Part shown: positions 26,547 to 40,329 of the stretch, piece by piece
Position numbering within the stretch: position 1 is the first letter of the stretch
Layout: the number at the start of each line of letters is the position of its first letter
NCBI RefSeq assembly: GCF_006345805.1
Contig: NC_043013.1
Location: 868,001-932,000 of the forward strand
Length of the DNA stretch: 64,000 nucleotides
Reading direction: 5' to 3'
From: Octopus sinensis
Lineage: Eukaryota
Made by a program: the position numbers and the translations under genes
The notes under the pieces: model-generated
The model's database searches: none
What the model was told of the DNA's origin: nothing
The model's input: only the letters and a program-made list of their open reading frames with translations

Positions 26547-26736
26547 CATACCTACATATATATTTACATACACACCTACATATGCATATATATACATACA
26601 TACCTACATATATATACATACATACCTACATATATATATATATATACATACATACCTACATATACATATATATACATACATACCTACATATACATATATA
26701 TATACATACATACCTACATATACATATATATATATA

Positions 26737-27154
26737 TTAGGTTGGTGCATAATTATTACAGCTTTTTTTCAACAAATTTTATTCAACAAAAACATCTTTA
26801 ACCCTTTTGTTACCGTATTTATTTTGAGAAGCTTTGTGTTTCTTTCAATTACTTGAAATATAACAAAGAATTTAGTAAAATAACTTAGTTATCATTAAGC
26901 TCTGTGTTAGGAACATAAATTGTGACGAAGATTTGGTAGAAGATTTTAATTCAAAATTTATGAAAACAGAGCCAGTGCTGGTTTCAGCTGGGTTGGTAAC
27001 GAAAGGGTTAAATGATTATTCTGGAGCATATTCACCATCTACTTCAGTTACTGCTTCCCATTTGCTTGGCAGCCTGTCGGAATAATCATTTGAAGATGTT
27101 TTTGTTGAATAAAATTTGTTGAAAAAAAGCTGCAATAATTATGCCCCAACCCAA
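26737..27154 (-). mobile_element. mariner-derived MITE, copy 2, interrupted by a piggyBac MITE
   Basis: TA-flanked TIRs; minus strand LPSKWEAVTEVDGEYAPE* resembles the mariner transposase C-terminus. Confidence 0.85.
26802..27007. mobile_element. piggyBac-type MITE, intact
   Basis: TTAA target duplication on both sides; CCCTTTTGTTAC / GTAACGAAAGGG TIRs. Confidence 0.88.
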
Positions 27155-29149
27155 TATAAAAGCTCCTACTGGATGCTAAGCTTTTGACATGGTTTATAAA
27201 TCAGAGCAATTCAAAATGAATTTGTTCTGGAGATTATAGATATTTTGGTAGATATCTAGTCATCAAATTGATAATTTCTACTGAGAAACCTGTTTCTCTG
27301 TAGAGTTGTGGTTAATCTTTAATCAGTTTATTTGGTTTACCTTAACATTTAGATGGTTTTAAATATTATAGAAATGTCCAACAAAAATCAGTTTTTGGAT
27401 AGTCTTGAGATGCTTGCTTCATTTCTAGTCAGGCAGTTTGAAGCTGTACACTTTTGTAGAAACTTAAATTTTTTCTTGTCCTTTGATGAGCAGAAGATGA
27501 CTTTAAAAAAAAACATTGTGTTCACTGACTTCCTCTCTTCCGTTGTTTAAGACCATTTTTGGAGAAAAAAAAAATAGAGGCTTTAAATTAGGATGATCTC
27601 TTTTTGCTTTGTTTTCTCTCTAGTAATGCATGATATCTTATTTCTGGGCACATTTGTTAAATCTATTACACGTTTGTGTTTTTGAATATATGCACACACT
27701 CATATATAAAATACTTAATCGATAATTTCAAGCGGTTCTGATAGATTACTAAGATTCATTTATAGTTATAAAAATGTTTTAGTGTCTAATATATAAAAAG
27801 CACTAGCATTGCATTAGTTTAACTTTTTCATTTTAGAATAAATTAAAAATGGAAACTACCTCCAAGCAAGTATGAGAGTTCTTTTAAATAAATAAACCGT
27901 TTTAAAGCTTTATATGGAAAAGAAAATATTTTGCTTTTCTATGAAAACGCTTAATTGTTAGTTCAATGTAATTGTTTGGTTTTTTTGGGGTTTTTTTTTG
28001 CAACTGCTTTATGCTAATTTCCCTCCATTATTTTGCAATTATTAACTTATATCTTCAAACTTTATTATTAATTATTAAAGGTCTATATATATGTATATAT
28101 ATATCTCAGTAACTTGATACAATGAAATGTCTAAAAGTTTGAAAATCTCTTGAACTAAATATGAAACATTATTGTTTTGTATCCTGCATTATCTTCCAAA
28201 ATATCATTAGAACTAAATTTGGAAAAGGATATTTCTCAGTCTCTGGATGAAAGAGAAATTATTCTCTGCTCAGTTTTTCTACTTGCTTTCGTAAAAAAAT
28301 CTAGGTTAAAAAAGAAAATAAAAAATCAGGGAAATATTTTTCAAAAGTATCTTCAGGTATTAGTGCCTTTTATGAAAATAATTCTTTTTTGTTGCTACCA
28401 ATCATTCTCTAGATAATAAACATTTTTAGATAGAATCTTATCTGAAATATATTTTCTGTATCATTTTCATCAGTTTTGTGTGTGTGCTTGTGTATATATA
28501 AATATATATATATATATAATGATGGCTTCTGTTATTTCTAAATGTATACTTAGCACTGTACACTGAATGTCATTTGTTGCTTCTGAAGCTGCTGTTTGAT
28601 ATTGAACCCACTAGCAGACTTGTAGAGCTCTTCTCTGCTTTCAGCAATGTTTACTCAATTTTCAATTCCAGATTCTTCACTCATTCTATGATCAGTAGCA
28701 CATCACCTTAAACTCATTGCTTTTGTGTCTCTCAGTGATTTTTATCTTCCACCAGAGAATCTTTTGCTGGTTATTAAACGAGATTATAAAATTGATTATT
28801 CTAACTTATGATGTTTTGTATTCTAATGAATGTACTATCTTCCCTTTCTGAGAACATCTTTGTTAATTTTCATCAAAATTGTTTTGAGGGAATAGACATT
28901 TTTAACCTTGGTTGAAATATATATTAACAATAGGACACGGAAATGAAATAATGCATCTTTTCTCTGAAATAGGTGATTTTGGTGTTGTAGGTTCACTGCA
29001 GTAAACTTTGGTGACATAACCTTGAAGTTGACCTGGAATTTCATATTCCATATTCCTATTATAACATTGTAGTTTGATTTCTGAAGTAAAAAGAGAAACT
29101 GAAATTTTCTCATGGTAGCTTTTGTATTCAAAAACTGTTAAACTATAAT

Positions 29150-29512
29150 TTATTACCTCCACCTTAGCTAAGGCGGAGGTATTGTTTTCAGTTTGTTTGT
29201 CCGTGGACAAAATATCTCAAGAACCACTGGATGGATTCGGATGAAACTTTCAGAGATGTTTGGCCTTGTAACTGGCACAAACTGATTAGATTTTGGGATC
29301 AATTAGGTACCAGACAAGGATTCTGGATTATTTTTCCTGTTTTCTTTTTACTTAATTTTTGAGAACAGCCGGGTTCATTTTTAGTATTCTCATTTGTGAG
29401 AGCTGTTGATTCTATTTCAGATATTCTCATTTTAAACATCATCTCTGGCTAATAGTTGAGAGGATGTTAGTGTTGCCTTGGTAGAGGTTTGTGCTCTCTG
29501 AGTGCTCTTCTT
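29150..29512 (+). mobile_element. Helentron-associated non-autonomous element (HINE/DINE-1-like)
   Basis: 5' palindrome ACCTCC(A)CCTTAGCTAAGGCGGAGGT, GTTTGTTTGTCCGT microsatellite, 3' subterminal repeat CTTGGTAGAGGT and stem-loop GTGCTC-TCT-GAGTGC, T-rich ends. Confidence 0.75.
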
Positions 29513-32500
29513 ATAACTGCTTTTCTGTTTATCTAAGTATGGTGTTGACTTCAGCTATTTCACTTTATTTCTACGGAAGTTTTTTATGGTAGCTGTGGTA
29601 GCAGTCAGTTTTTGTACTAAATATTTCTAGTGTTGTGAGTCCAATTCCTGATATTCTTTCTTTCATCTTAAAAATATTGAAAAGTATTCATTTGAAAATA
29701 TTTGAGGATTATCTAACAACAATAAGAACAAAACTCATGAAAGTTTAGGAAAGAAACCACTTTCTTCAATTATATATAACAACTCGGTAGACTACATGAA
29801 AGTGACTCAAGGGGATATTTCATAAAGCATACAGCTAAAATCTGAAATTATTTCCTCAAAAGGCAATCATAAGTCTGAGTGATATTTCTTTACATTGCAA
29901 TATGTGATAATGATTGAAGCATTTCATTCAATTTGACAACCTGTCTTTCAGCTATACACTGTGTTTACTGCATATTGTAGCAACGTTGTTGGACTAAACA
30001 AAAAAAATTCTCTCTCTGTCTTAGACAGACAGACAGACAAATAGACTATCCTTCTTTCCTTATAAGAAACTAAAACATTTTAAATCATAATTTTTAGTTT
30101 AACAATTCCAGTTGTACAAGCAATCGAAGTGAGGGAGGGAAGCAGCATGACAATCTATAAACAAACATTTTCAGGCATATCAAAATATTTAGCCAACAGT
30201 AAATCAAGATTTTATTGCTTACTAAATGTATCCTATCTGCTTCAGAAGTGATGCTGTTCTGCAGAGTTTGGTCTTCGATATGATGATAGGCTATTCAGTT
30301 TTTGAAGTATATACAACAGATGCAGTGACAAAGGAGTTCAGCAATATATTCAAAGTGTTGGATACAAATCCAAGCATAGTTAAGTTTTGGGATACAGCTC
30401 CAGATTAAAGTACTCTAAATATTGCTCTTATTGTAAATGTAATGAGAATTTACTGTACATCAATATAAATTCCAACTGTCCTTCAATAATCTTAAAATTA
30501 TTCATTAATAATATTAGTAAGTGTATATCCATGTGATCTCTGATAAGAAATCCTTTAATTATATTCCTCATTATTACAATGACTCATTAAATACAGTTGG
30601 TTCTGAGTACAATACATTCAAAAACAGGACTAATCTTTATAAATGCACAAAATAAAAGCCAATATTATTATGCAGTCCTCTCTTTCTCATTTACACGTTC
30701 ATTTGAATGTTATCAGCATTTTCCCATAGACTGTAGATATTGTAATACTTTTAATAAAAATAGTTGGATGAGCTGCAGTTACACCAACAGTGTCATCAGC
30801 CATTATAAATAGAAAAAAAAAAACCTTTCCAGTAGGAACATACCAAATTCTTTTCTGTAATTTCAACAACCCTAATGTCTGTCCTCTCAATGGTATAAAT
30901 CCATTGGAAACACTGCTCTGTGCCAAGTTCTGTGTTGCAAACGACAATAAAAAGCTGTATGAGGTTTACTAATAGTGTTTTCAAAAGGTGATTCTCACAG
31001 CATGTCTATAGAGTAGACACTTAGAAAAATTCCTTACTGTTTCATTCTCCAAATATGTCAGCAGTTTAAAGAATGTTAATATAAATAATTACAAGAACTA
31101 TTGATCCATTAAAGAATATACATCCCACTGACATTAATGATTCAATCTTGGCCTCTCAGAGACCTTTTCACAATTTTGAACATGATATTAGTACTTCTGG
31201 AACCTTACTGACTTCCATCAATATTTGAGAAATTTTCAACTTCTAACCTGCTAAAAAAATTTTATTCTCAGCACAGTGGATTTACTGTGTCTTGGAAGAT
31301 TGTTAAATACTTAAAAGAAACAATCATCTATTCATAACCTCAAAGACTTCAACAAAAACCACAACATTTCCTTACATTTGGTAGAAGATATGAAAATATT
31401 ACGTTCTGAAAATGCCATTGAACAGATCTATGTATACCATTTTTTTTTCTTGCAAGCAATCAAATTTCCATGTACTGTAGACTAATATGTTGATGTGTCT
31501 GTGGATATTTTTGTTTATATATTGTCATGCTACTTTTCTACTGAAATCATTTGAATGATCAAAGATGAAATGCAGAGTTATGTTTTTACAGTAGAAGCTA
31601 AAGCTGCTAATAAAATTCACACACTCTCCACATTGAGTATTCTTCATCTATTTGGTAAACACAAAAACTTGCTAACCTTCTTCTTCTCTCTCTCTCCATA
31701 TATATAGAGATATGTGTGTTAGTAAAAGTGAAATCTTCTGCATAGCTGAAAGGTGTTGGGCAAAGTGAAAATTATGTTCATTTTTGTTACATGTAAGACT
31801 AGATAAGTTGAAAGTGTCTGCTTATTATAAAGACAGTTGATCATCATTAAGGAATTATGATAATTATGCTTATTATAATTATGATCATCATTAAGGAAAG
31901 AAGCCAATCTCATCAATTCTTCATAGGAATCACACTAAAGTTTTGAAATCCAAAGAAATATTAAGCAAAAGACTGCTGGTCATTTGCTTCATTACAGATA
32001 TCAATTAAACACTTCGTTTTTTCTTTTTGTTTGTTTTGGAAGTCAAGAATGAAAGATCTTTTAGAAGCCAATGTATTTGGCTTCTTGGATTTAGTTTTCT
32101 GCGCTGTTAGTTTATTGTTGTTTTTTTTTTTAATATGGTAAAGAGGAAATTTAATTATAATTATTTTTTTTTTGTAATGAGATGCTCAGTATTTTCCGAC
32201 AGCCTTTGATCCTCAATAAACACCGTTCCTCAACCACGTTTCATCTTTCCAAGCATAAGCACTTCATCAATCTGAAAGGGTGATGCACCTTATTTTTATT
32301 GATCTAATAGTATTAGATCAATAGTATCTAATGTGATCAATAGTATCACATTACTATTGATCACATTAGATCAGTAGTAATGATCTAATGTGATTATTAC
32401 TATTGATCAAATATCTTCACTCAGCATTGCCTGATAAGGTTTAACCAGTCCACTTTGGTTTTGCTGAAAATGCCAAGGATCACAACTGGATTCTGAGCAG

Positions 32501-35500
32501 TTATTGATTCTGTAACACATGATTGCAGTATCTTCATAAAAGCACTTTAATTTGGTTTAGTTGATCTTGTTATAAAAACCTTTGGTTTAAGAAGAGAGGG
32601 AGACCCCTGTTCACAAACCTGTGTAATAAGATCAGATAAGTTAGGCTGCTGCTTGGGGCTGTATATGTCCATTTCTGGTTCTAGATTTGAGCTGAATTTC
32701 AGGTAGAGACTAACAAGGAATTTTGGCATTAGACATCAAGTTTGTTGGTATTGTTGGAAGATATTTTGAGGCTAATTTTTATTAGAAAGTAATTGAGTTG
32801 TTGGTAGTTTGTAAATTGCAGTTGCTATAAAGATTAAAATGTTATGCTGCATTTTTTTTATAAAGACTATTTTTTTTTTCAAAATAACAGGACCACCTAG
32901 AAGAATAATTTCTGCCCATTAATTAGCGTAATTGATTTTTTTTTTTATGAATAACCTTTGTTGAAAAATATTGAATAATTTAACTCAAGAAAAAAATAAA
33001 TATAAAAATATATTGTTTTTAATGAAAAATGTTTTTCCTTATTAAAATTAGATTAAACTAAAAGAAAATGTCTGTTTTTACCACCTAAATAAGTTAGATA
33101 AAATATTTTGTAATAATAAAACCTTTAATATTCTTGTATTTTACTAAAAATGTTATTTTAATAAATTTTATTATTTTACTTAATAAAATAATTATTTAAT
33201 TAATTTCAGTGTAACTTAATTAAAATAAATAAAATATTCTCATGTTATCGTATAAAAATTATTCCAAATTAAATGTAATTTGACCAGATAAATCCCCATA
33301 AAACAAATAAGCTAGCTACAGCATGGCCTCCACCAAAATTCTTCAGCCAGCCTCTAATACCCAGTCATATCGGTACTTTATTTAACAAGTCAAAGACATT
33401 ACAAAGCTGTGTAGAGTATGCCTCTACACAAAAGTCATGTCTTAGATATGGAAGGTTTAAAAAAAGATGGAATGGTCACAGTTGGAACTCTCAATCATAA
33501 GTCTCTTTGATAACAGTTGACATAGAACTAAACAATAGCAAAAATCAAAGAAGGTACGAACTTTGAAAATAGGTAACATTTAGTGTTGGATTGTAAGAAC
33601 GAGCTCTGGTCCTGCTTAGGTAATTTAGTGCTAGAGCAGGCTGGGTGTTAATGCTGTTACTGCAGACCACCCGTCAGAACAGCAACATACCACAGCACTT
33701 TATAGTTACATACCTGCTGTGATCCACAACAGAAATAATTCCATATATAATGAAAATATTTAATTAGAGCTTTCAAAAGAACATTTAATACCTAATTATC
33801 TAATTACTTCCTAGCAAAGTGCTGAGAGCTATGTCCTCATAACATTTTCTTAATTATAAATAAAAATTTTATATATGTTGTTATATTTCACATTGTCTTT
33901 AGAATTCATTATATAAATAAATCCTTCATTCATTTGGCCAAGTAGGGAGAATTTTTGGATAAAAACATTTATTAATAAACAAAGTTAGCAAAAATTTCCT
34001 TCATTATTGAAACTTGTTAAATTGTACCTGGTTTGACAACAACTTCTTCACTTTTGATTCAAGATGTGATCTGCTGCATGAGCTGTGAGCTGTATGTCTT
34101 ATGGTGTTATTCAATTACTAACAGATACTTATTAACACAACAGGCAGTGTTTAATGACTGTTGGCTGTTAGTTCCTTGATTTTAATTTTATCAGCACCAG
34201 GTATTTTTGTACAGTTGTGAATATTTTGATTTGGTGATCTGAGGGTGATGCATGGAGTTTTATTCCTTCTTCTTCTTTTTACGGTTGGGTCTGTAGTGTC
34301 TAGATGATGATTTCTTTCCAGTTTCTCATATATGTAACATTGAATTCATTTGGGTGACAAAAAACAAAAACTTTTCTTTCACTTTAAATGTCTCTAACTT
34401 TAATACTTATAAAAGCTGATAATTAAAGTAATCTTCAAAATCATCGTTAAAAGATTAAATTAAAAAAAATATGAATATAATTTTTAACTAGTTCAATATT
34501 TCTTATATTTAAATTTTGAAATTAATGAAAATTGGTCGAATATTTAGAGAATAAATAACTGTTAGTTAACTAGCTCGTAGTAGCTGGTATGTTTCAGCAT
34601 TTTCTCTATTTACCTAACATCTCTAAAATTATTGTTAATTAAGATGATAAACAATAAAAGTGATATTGACTCATATTGTCAAAATATGATTTCTATAAAA
34701 CATTTGGTGGATTGTTTTTAATACAATGGCAGAATGCTTCTGATGTCAACTGGTCATTCATTATTTTTTGTCTTCCACCTTACACAAGATATGTGTTGAA
34801 CATGTATCTAGAAAAGACTGTTTGAGTAAAGTCCGATGCCTATGGGGTTTTTTCTTTGATGACAGGAAGGGCATCCAGGTATCAACCAGACCATCAGATG
34901 TTGTTACCGCTGGTCACAATGCACTTCCTTGCATTCTTTTAGTTTTCCTTGCATTGTTTTAGCTTTCCTAAGATGCCACCTCATTGGCTTGATAGGCCTT
35001 GGAATGGAACACCAACCCATTGCAGGGTGACCCATTTACAGCCGAGTGCACTGGGACAACATGAAATGAAGCGCTTTGCTCAAGAACACAGTGCACCCCC
35101 CGGTTCTGGGAATCAAAACCATAATCTTGCACTCATGAATGCAGCACTATAACCACTAAGCCACCAGCCTTCTCTCTCTCTCTCTCTCTCTCACAGACAC
35201 ATTTGTGTATGGCAGGCTTCCACCTTGCTTCCATCTACGAAATTCACTCTCTAAGCATTTTTTGGCCAAGGCTACAGCAAAAAACACTTGTGCAAGGTAC
35301 TGTGCAGTGGGACTGAACCGAAGACCAAGTGATTCCAAAGCAAGCTTCTTAACCACTCAGCCATTCCTTTTATACCTGTAAACTCCTACAAGCATTCATC
35401 CATTACCATCCAAATTGAAATACCATTCCATCTCTTTATCCAGAGCTTCAACCATCTCTCAAATACTGAACTTCTATTTCTTCCACATGAAAATGTGCTT

Positions 35501-35861
35501 TTTTATTTTTATTTTTATTTATTTGTTTTTTCTCCATTCACTTCATTGTAGAAAACAGTCATTTACCTTTGCCCATATGGTAAATGATTTATTCAGGTGC
35601 TGCAATATTGTTTTGTAGGTTCATACTTCAAACTCTTTTATTGAACTCAATTTTCAACCACCTTTTCTACCCCTGTTTAACACACCACCCCCACGTCTAC
35701 CCACCCACTTCTTTCTTTCACTCTTGAAATGTCTACTTGTAGAACTTCATATCAACCGTACTCACCTGCCAGAGCCTGCAAGAATTAAAAGCTCCCCCCT
35801 CCCCCATTCAGATCATAGTAATTAAATTAAAATAGTTTTAGCTGAAAAGCAAATTGTAGGT

Positions 35862-36250
35862 ACAGAAGTGGCTGTGTGGTAAGTACCTTGCTTACCAACC
35901 ACATGGTCCTGGGTTCAGTCTCACTGCATGGCACCTTGTGCAAGTGTCTTCTACTATAGCCTCAGGCTGACCAAAGCCTTGTGAGTGGATTTGGTAGACA
36001 GAAACTGAAAGAAGCTCATTGTATATATATATATATATATGAATGTATATGTTTGTGTATCTGTATTTGTCCCCCCTTTATTGCTTGACAACCGATGTTG
36101 GTGTGTTTATGTCCCCGTAACTTAGTGGTTCAGCAAAAGAGACTGATAGAATAAGTACTAGGCTTACAAAGAATAAATCCCAGAGTCAATTTGTATGACT
36201 AAAGGTGGTGCTCCAGCATGGCCACAGTCAAATGTCTGAAACCAATAAAT
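35862..36250 (+). mobile_element. Near full-length OR2-like tRNA SINE
   Basis: GTGGCTGTGTGGTAAG head, GGGTTCAGTC B box, GGCACCTTG.GCAAGTGTCTTCTACTATAGCC, internal (TA)n, tail GCTCCAGCATGGCCACAGTC. Confidence 0.85.
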
Positions 36251-36574
36251 TAATATAAAAAGTAGTCTTGGAAATTGAATTTAAAAACTGGAAGAGAGAA
36301 ATTATTGTTCAATAAAATCTGTGTCTATCAAATATCAATATCATGAGGATAATTAGCAGTAATAATAAGTCAGAGGTACTTTTATTGTTTATCATTCAAT
36401 ATGTACCCTGTGTACTTTCCATTATTTTCAACATCAACATACAAGACATAGTGAACAAACATTAATTTTAAGCCCCACTTTAAACCCCAAACTATTCAAT
36501 GGTAACTTATTCTCTATATGAAATCTTTTTCTTTTTAAAGAACGATACTCTAATATTTGTATTTTTTTTTCCAG

Positions 36575-36667
36575 GCTTTGAAACAGATGAAGAGTGAATC
36601 AAACAACTCAGAAAATTTATCAAGCTGTATCTTGATGGCATGTGTTGATTCTGCCAAAGATTTACCT
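36575..36667 (+). CDS. ESYT2: E-Syt exon k (C2B start): ALKQMKSESNNSENLSSCILMACVDSAKDLP
   Basis: ttttccag| ... cct|gtaagt; LSS..L...DSA.xLP motif. Confidence 0.94.
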
Positions 36668-36814
36668 GTAAGTTGATTATTAGGTTTCAGGTGTTTGTGT
36701 GCGTGTGTGTGTGTGTCACATAAGTATGTATGTTTCTCTCCACGTAAATAATCCATTCAGAGAAAGAAACCAATTGAAAATATTGTAGTGTTTAACTGTT
36801 TAGCATTCAGATTA

Positions 36815-38113
36815 CTCTGTCACAGGAGCCAGTCAGGGTGCACTGGCATCAGCCATGTTTGGACGGTGCTTTTATGTACGACCAGCATGTGAGCCAGTCA
36901 GGGGGACCTGGCATCAACCATGTTCGGATGGTACTTTTTACGTGCCACCGGTACAGGAGCCAGTCACAGGGACATGGCATCGACCACGTTCAGATGGTGC
37001 TTTTTACGTGCCACTGACAGGGGAGCCAGTCAAGCGACACTGGCATCAACCACATTCGGACGATGCAGTTTATGTGCCACTGGAACGGGAGCCAGTCAGA
37101 TGGCACTGTCCACAGTTGTGATTTTGGTGCTGCTTGACTCAACAGGTCCTCTCAAGCATATCATATTGCCCGATGCATCAAGGGTACTCTTAAATGGGCC
37201 GGACATGCAACACTGGCATTGGCCATGGCTGCGATCTCACTTTAGTTGTTGGGTCTTATAAAATCACAGCATATCTCCAAAGGTCTGTCTCCTGTCATTG
37301 CCTTTGTGAGGTTGAACATTCAAAGGTCATGCTTGACCACCTCATCCCATGTCTTCCTGGGTCTACCTCTACCTCAGATTCCTTCTACAGTTAGGGTGTG
37401 GTACTACCTCACACAGCTGTCCTCATCCATATGTAACACATGACCATACCAGCACACCACATCTGCTGCTTTTTATGTCCAACTTTTCTCTCAGGGCATT
37501 CACACTCTGTCGTGTATACACACTGACATTACACACCCAGCAGATCATACTAGCTTCATTTCTTTCAAGCCTGTGCATGTCCTCAGCAATCATGGCCCAT
37601 GTTTCACTGCCGTGTAGTATGGCAGTTCGCACGCATTCATCATACAGTGTACCTTTCATCTTGAGTGAGAGGCCCTTAGTTACCAGCAGAGGTAGGAGCT
37701 CTCTGAACTTTGCCCAGGTTATTCTTATTCTAGCCACTACACTCTCAGAGCATCCACCCCCACTACAAACTTGGTCACCTATGTAGCAGAAGCTATCCTT
37801 CTAGTTTTTTCCCCTGGCATGTGATGGAATCTGTTTTCTATATATCTTCAGTGTTTATTGCCCCTGTGCATCTGCCACACACAAAATCTGTCTTTCCAGT
37901 TAACTTTCCTTTGATATTTCTGCACCTTTTATGAGTCCATAGCTTACACCAGGTACTCTGTATGGAGTTTCCACTCATATCTTTTTTTTTTACAGATCGA
38001 GAAGGGGTTTGTGATTTGTCAGCCTTCCTACTTACTAAGACTTTGGCTTTTGCCAGGTTAACCCTAAGGCTCTTTGATTCTAGACTTTGCTTCCACACTC
38101 TAACTGACATCAA
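36815..38113 (-). pseudogene. Decayed RTE LINE fragment (RT C-terminus + 3' UTR with ~5 hairpin subrepeats)
   Basis: ORFs 37838-38113 and 37423-37737 are frameshifted paralogues of 46017-46910 (WAKFRELLPLL, HGSETWA). Confidence 0.88.
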
Positions 38114-38161
38114 TAGTCAGAAGTAACTGTTGAAATATTTGTTTATATTTGTTTTATTTAG

Positions 38162-38323
38162 AAATCGAAGAAATCATTAATGGAACCAAGCCCGTATGTT
38201 GAATTGGTGTTGGGCCAACAGAAAGAAAAGACTAACATACAGACCTCCACAATTAATCCCAAATGGGCAGAGAATTTCAGATTTCTTGTTCATGATCCTT
38301 ACTTTCAAGATCTCACTGCCTTG
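38162..38323 (+). CDS. ESYT2: E-Syt exon l (C2B): KSKKSLMEPSPYVELVLGQQKEKTNIQTSTINPKWAENFRFLVHDPYFQDLTAL
   Basis: atttag| ... ttg|gtaagt. Confidence 0.95.
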
Positions 38324-39367
38324 GTAAGTGTCTTTTATGATAATTAGAACAGGTCGTTTGGTATTTACTAAAACCTTTTGATATTGATCTCAATATTGTA
38401 AATTTGAAGAGTATTAAGAATTTTGATCAGAAGTGTTTCATAGAAACTATCCCTGTGTATCTTAATGTTTCTATTGCCACACGGTTGTGTCTGAATTCCT
38501 TCATCTTTTATCATCACAGTATCGACCAGACTCTCAGATATTGTTACACTGGTCACAATAGGCTTTGTTTTGTTTTAGCTTTCTAATGATGCCACCCCAA
38601 CTGGCTAATAGAGTAAGCCAACATTCCCCACTGATTGGAAAACTATTCCATCACAGGGGGACCCATTTGCAGCTGAGTGGACTGGAGCAACATGAAACAA
38701 AGTGTTTTGCTCAAGAACACAATGTGCTACCTAGTCTGGCACTTGAACCCATGATCTAGCAATTGTAAGTGCAACATCCTAAGCACTAAGCCATACACCT
38801 TCGGAAAATTTTCTGTGTTTAGAAAGTGGTAGAAGTATTTTAAGAAATGAAGGGAAAAAACCAATGAAAAGAGATGACAGAAAGAATGCAGTTTCGTAGT
38901 TAGATGTGAAGGTCCCAATAGCATTACCTTTTTGCAATCATGCTGACCATCTTCTGAAGGTAAAAAGAAAGTAACTATCCTTATTCTGTAATGAGCTTTT
39001 AGTTCCTTATTTCAGCCTGCACCAACCAGTGGGTCCTGCAGCTAAGACCAGATATTTCGGAGAGAAGTAGATTTGATAATGAAATATTTCTGGCACTGAT
39101 ATCTTCAAATCCTGGTCAGCAATATTGTAAATATCACTGCGGAATGGATTTATAGAGAGCGACTTTGAATAAGCCAGCATTTGATTCTGTTGGACTGACA
39201 ATAGCAACAAAAAATATAGTTTTGTTATATTATGTTGAAATCATATTTTGTGTGTGTACAATTGCCTAGAGATATATATATATCCTACATAAATGTCTGT
39301 GCTATACTGTTATAAATTTTCCATGCAGTTTTAATGACAGCCGCAATTAAATTCTGTTTAATTACAG

Positions 39368-39523
39368 GTATATGATAAGAATACTAGCAAACTGATCGGA
39401 GAGTGCAAAATACTTTTGAAAAACCTCCTTTCTGCAACAGACATGACAATAGACCAGTTGTTTGATATGAAGGGAGGCGACTCAACATCAACATCAAAAC
39501 TTCGATTGCAACTAGTTTTGCGA
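39368..39523 (+). CDS. ESYT2: E-Syt exon m (C2B end): VYDKNTSKLIGECKILLKNLLSATDMTIDQLFDMKGGDSTSTSKLRLQLVLR
   Basis: ttacag| ... cga|gtaaga. Confidence 0.94.
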
Positions 39524-40244
39524 GTAAGAAAACATTTTGAAGCATCTTGTTATTTTTTCATCATCATCATATATATATATATGATGTATATATATGTGTG
39601 TATATATATGTGTTTTTACTGTTTTGTTCTCATTGTTTTGTCCTTTACTGTTGTTACTTTTTTATTGTTTTTACTGTTTTGGTCTTTTTGTCCTGTTCTT
39701 GTTACCATTTTTACCCTCTGCAAAAAATTCCAAATTTTATTTGATTTGCTTTGCGGGAAGGACTGTTTCAATGAAGTTGCGTCTTGTCCTTACCTTCGAA
39801 ACACAGAGTAGATGAAACAGGGACAACTGAAGAAGGGGAATATTCCTTGTGTTGTATGTCTTGTTCCTCTGTTGTTTTTTTTTGTTATTTGAAAAAAAAG
39901 TTCGTTTCTATGTTTTTGTTTTTATGTTTTTGTTTCTCATTGTGTTCAACGTTTTTTTGATGTCCTGTACCCATATATGCATGTATATATGCATGTAGAG
40001 GTAGGTACGTACATATATATATGTATATATTTATATATTTGAGTAATTGAATGAATTATCTTATTAAGGATTATTCGAAAGATAACCGATACCTGGGTAG
40101 CAAATTCACATCAGAAAGAACACATTTGAAGCTACGTCGCTAGGGCATAGACTACGTGTCTTCGTGCAGAAATTTGTATGTTTATTTTAAAATTATAAGT
40201 ATATGAAAGAATGGAGTCGAACGACTAGTTAACAAATATCCTTT

Positions 40245-40329
40245 ATTCTCAACATATGTTTCGAAGGCTGCATATTCCTAATTCCGAAGGAATAAGGAGT
40301 ACATTATGCAGATTTCTCTTCAGGAAAAT
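40245..40329 (-). ncRNA. Type I hammerhead ribozyme (mirror copy, GUU triplet)
   Basis: Same as the plus copy except that the cleavage triplet is GUU. Confidence 0.78.

Noticed and set aside
30796-30984. Minus-strand ORF with a signal-peptide-like start (MKTLLVNLIQLFIVVC...)
   Set aside because: Starts at TTG, only 62 aa, no recognisable domain or splice structure
36820-37110. ~60-bp hairpin-containing repeats with variable segments (also 22030-22230)
   Set aside because: Diverged tandem subrepeats of the RTE 3' UTR, not a repeat-spacer array
39361-39375. CAG|GTAT at an exon start, resembling a recursive splice site
   Set aside because: The intron is short (~1 kb), the donor match is weak, and GTA is simply the Val codon needed by the C2B frame
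39780-39850. Possible hammerhead (CGAAAC...GTA...CTGAAGA)
   Set aside because: The motifs are in type II order, but I could not form stem I or a proper stem II closing pair
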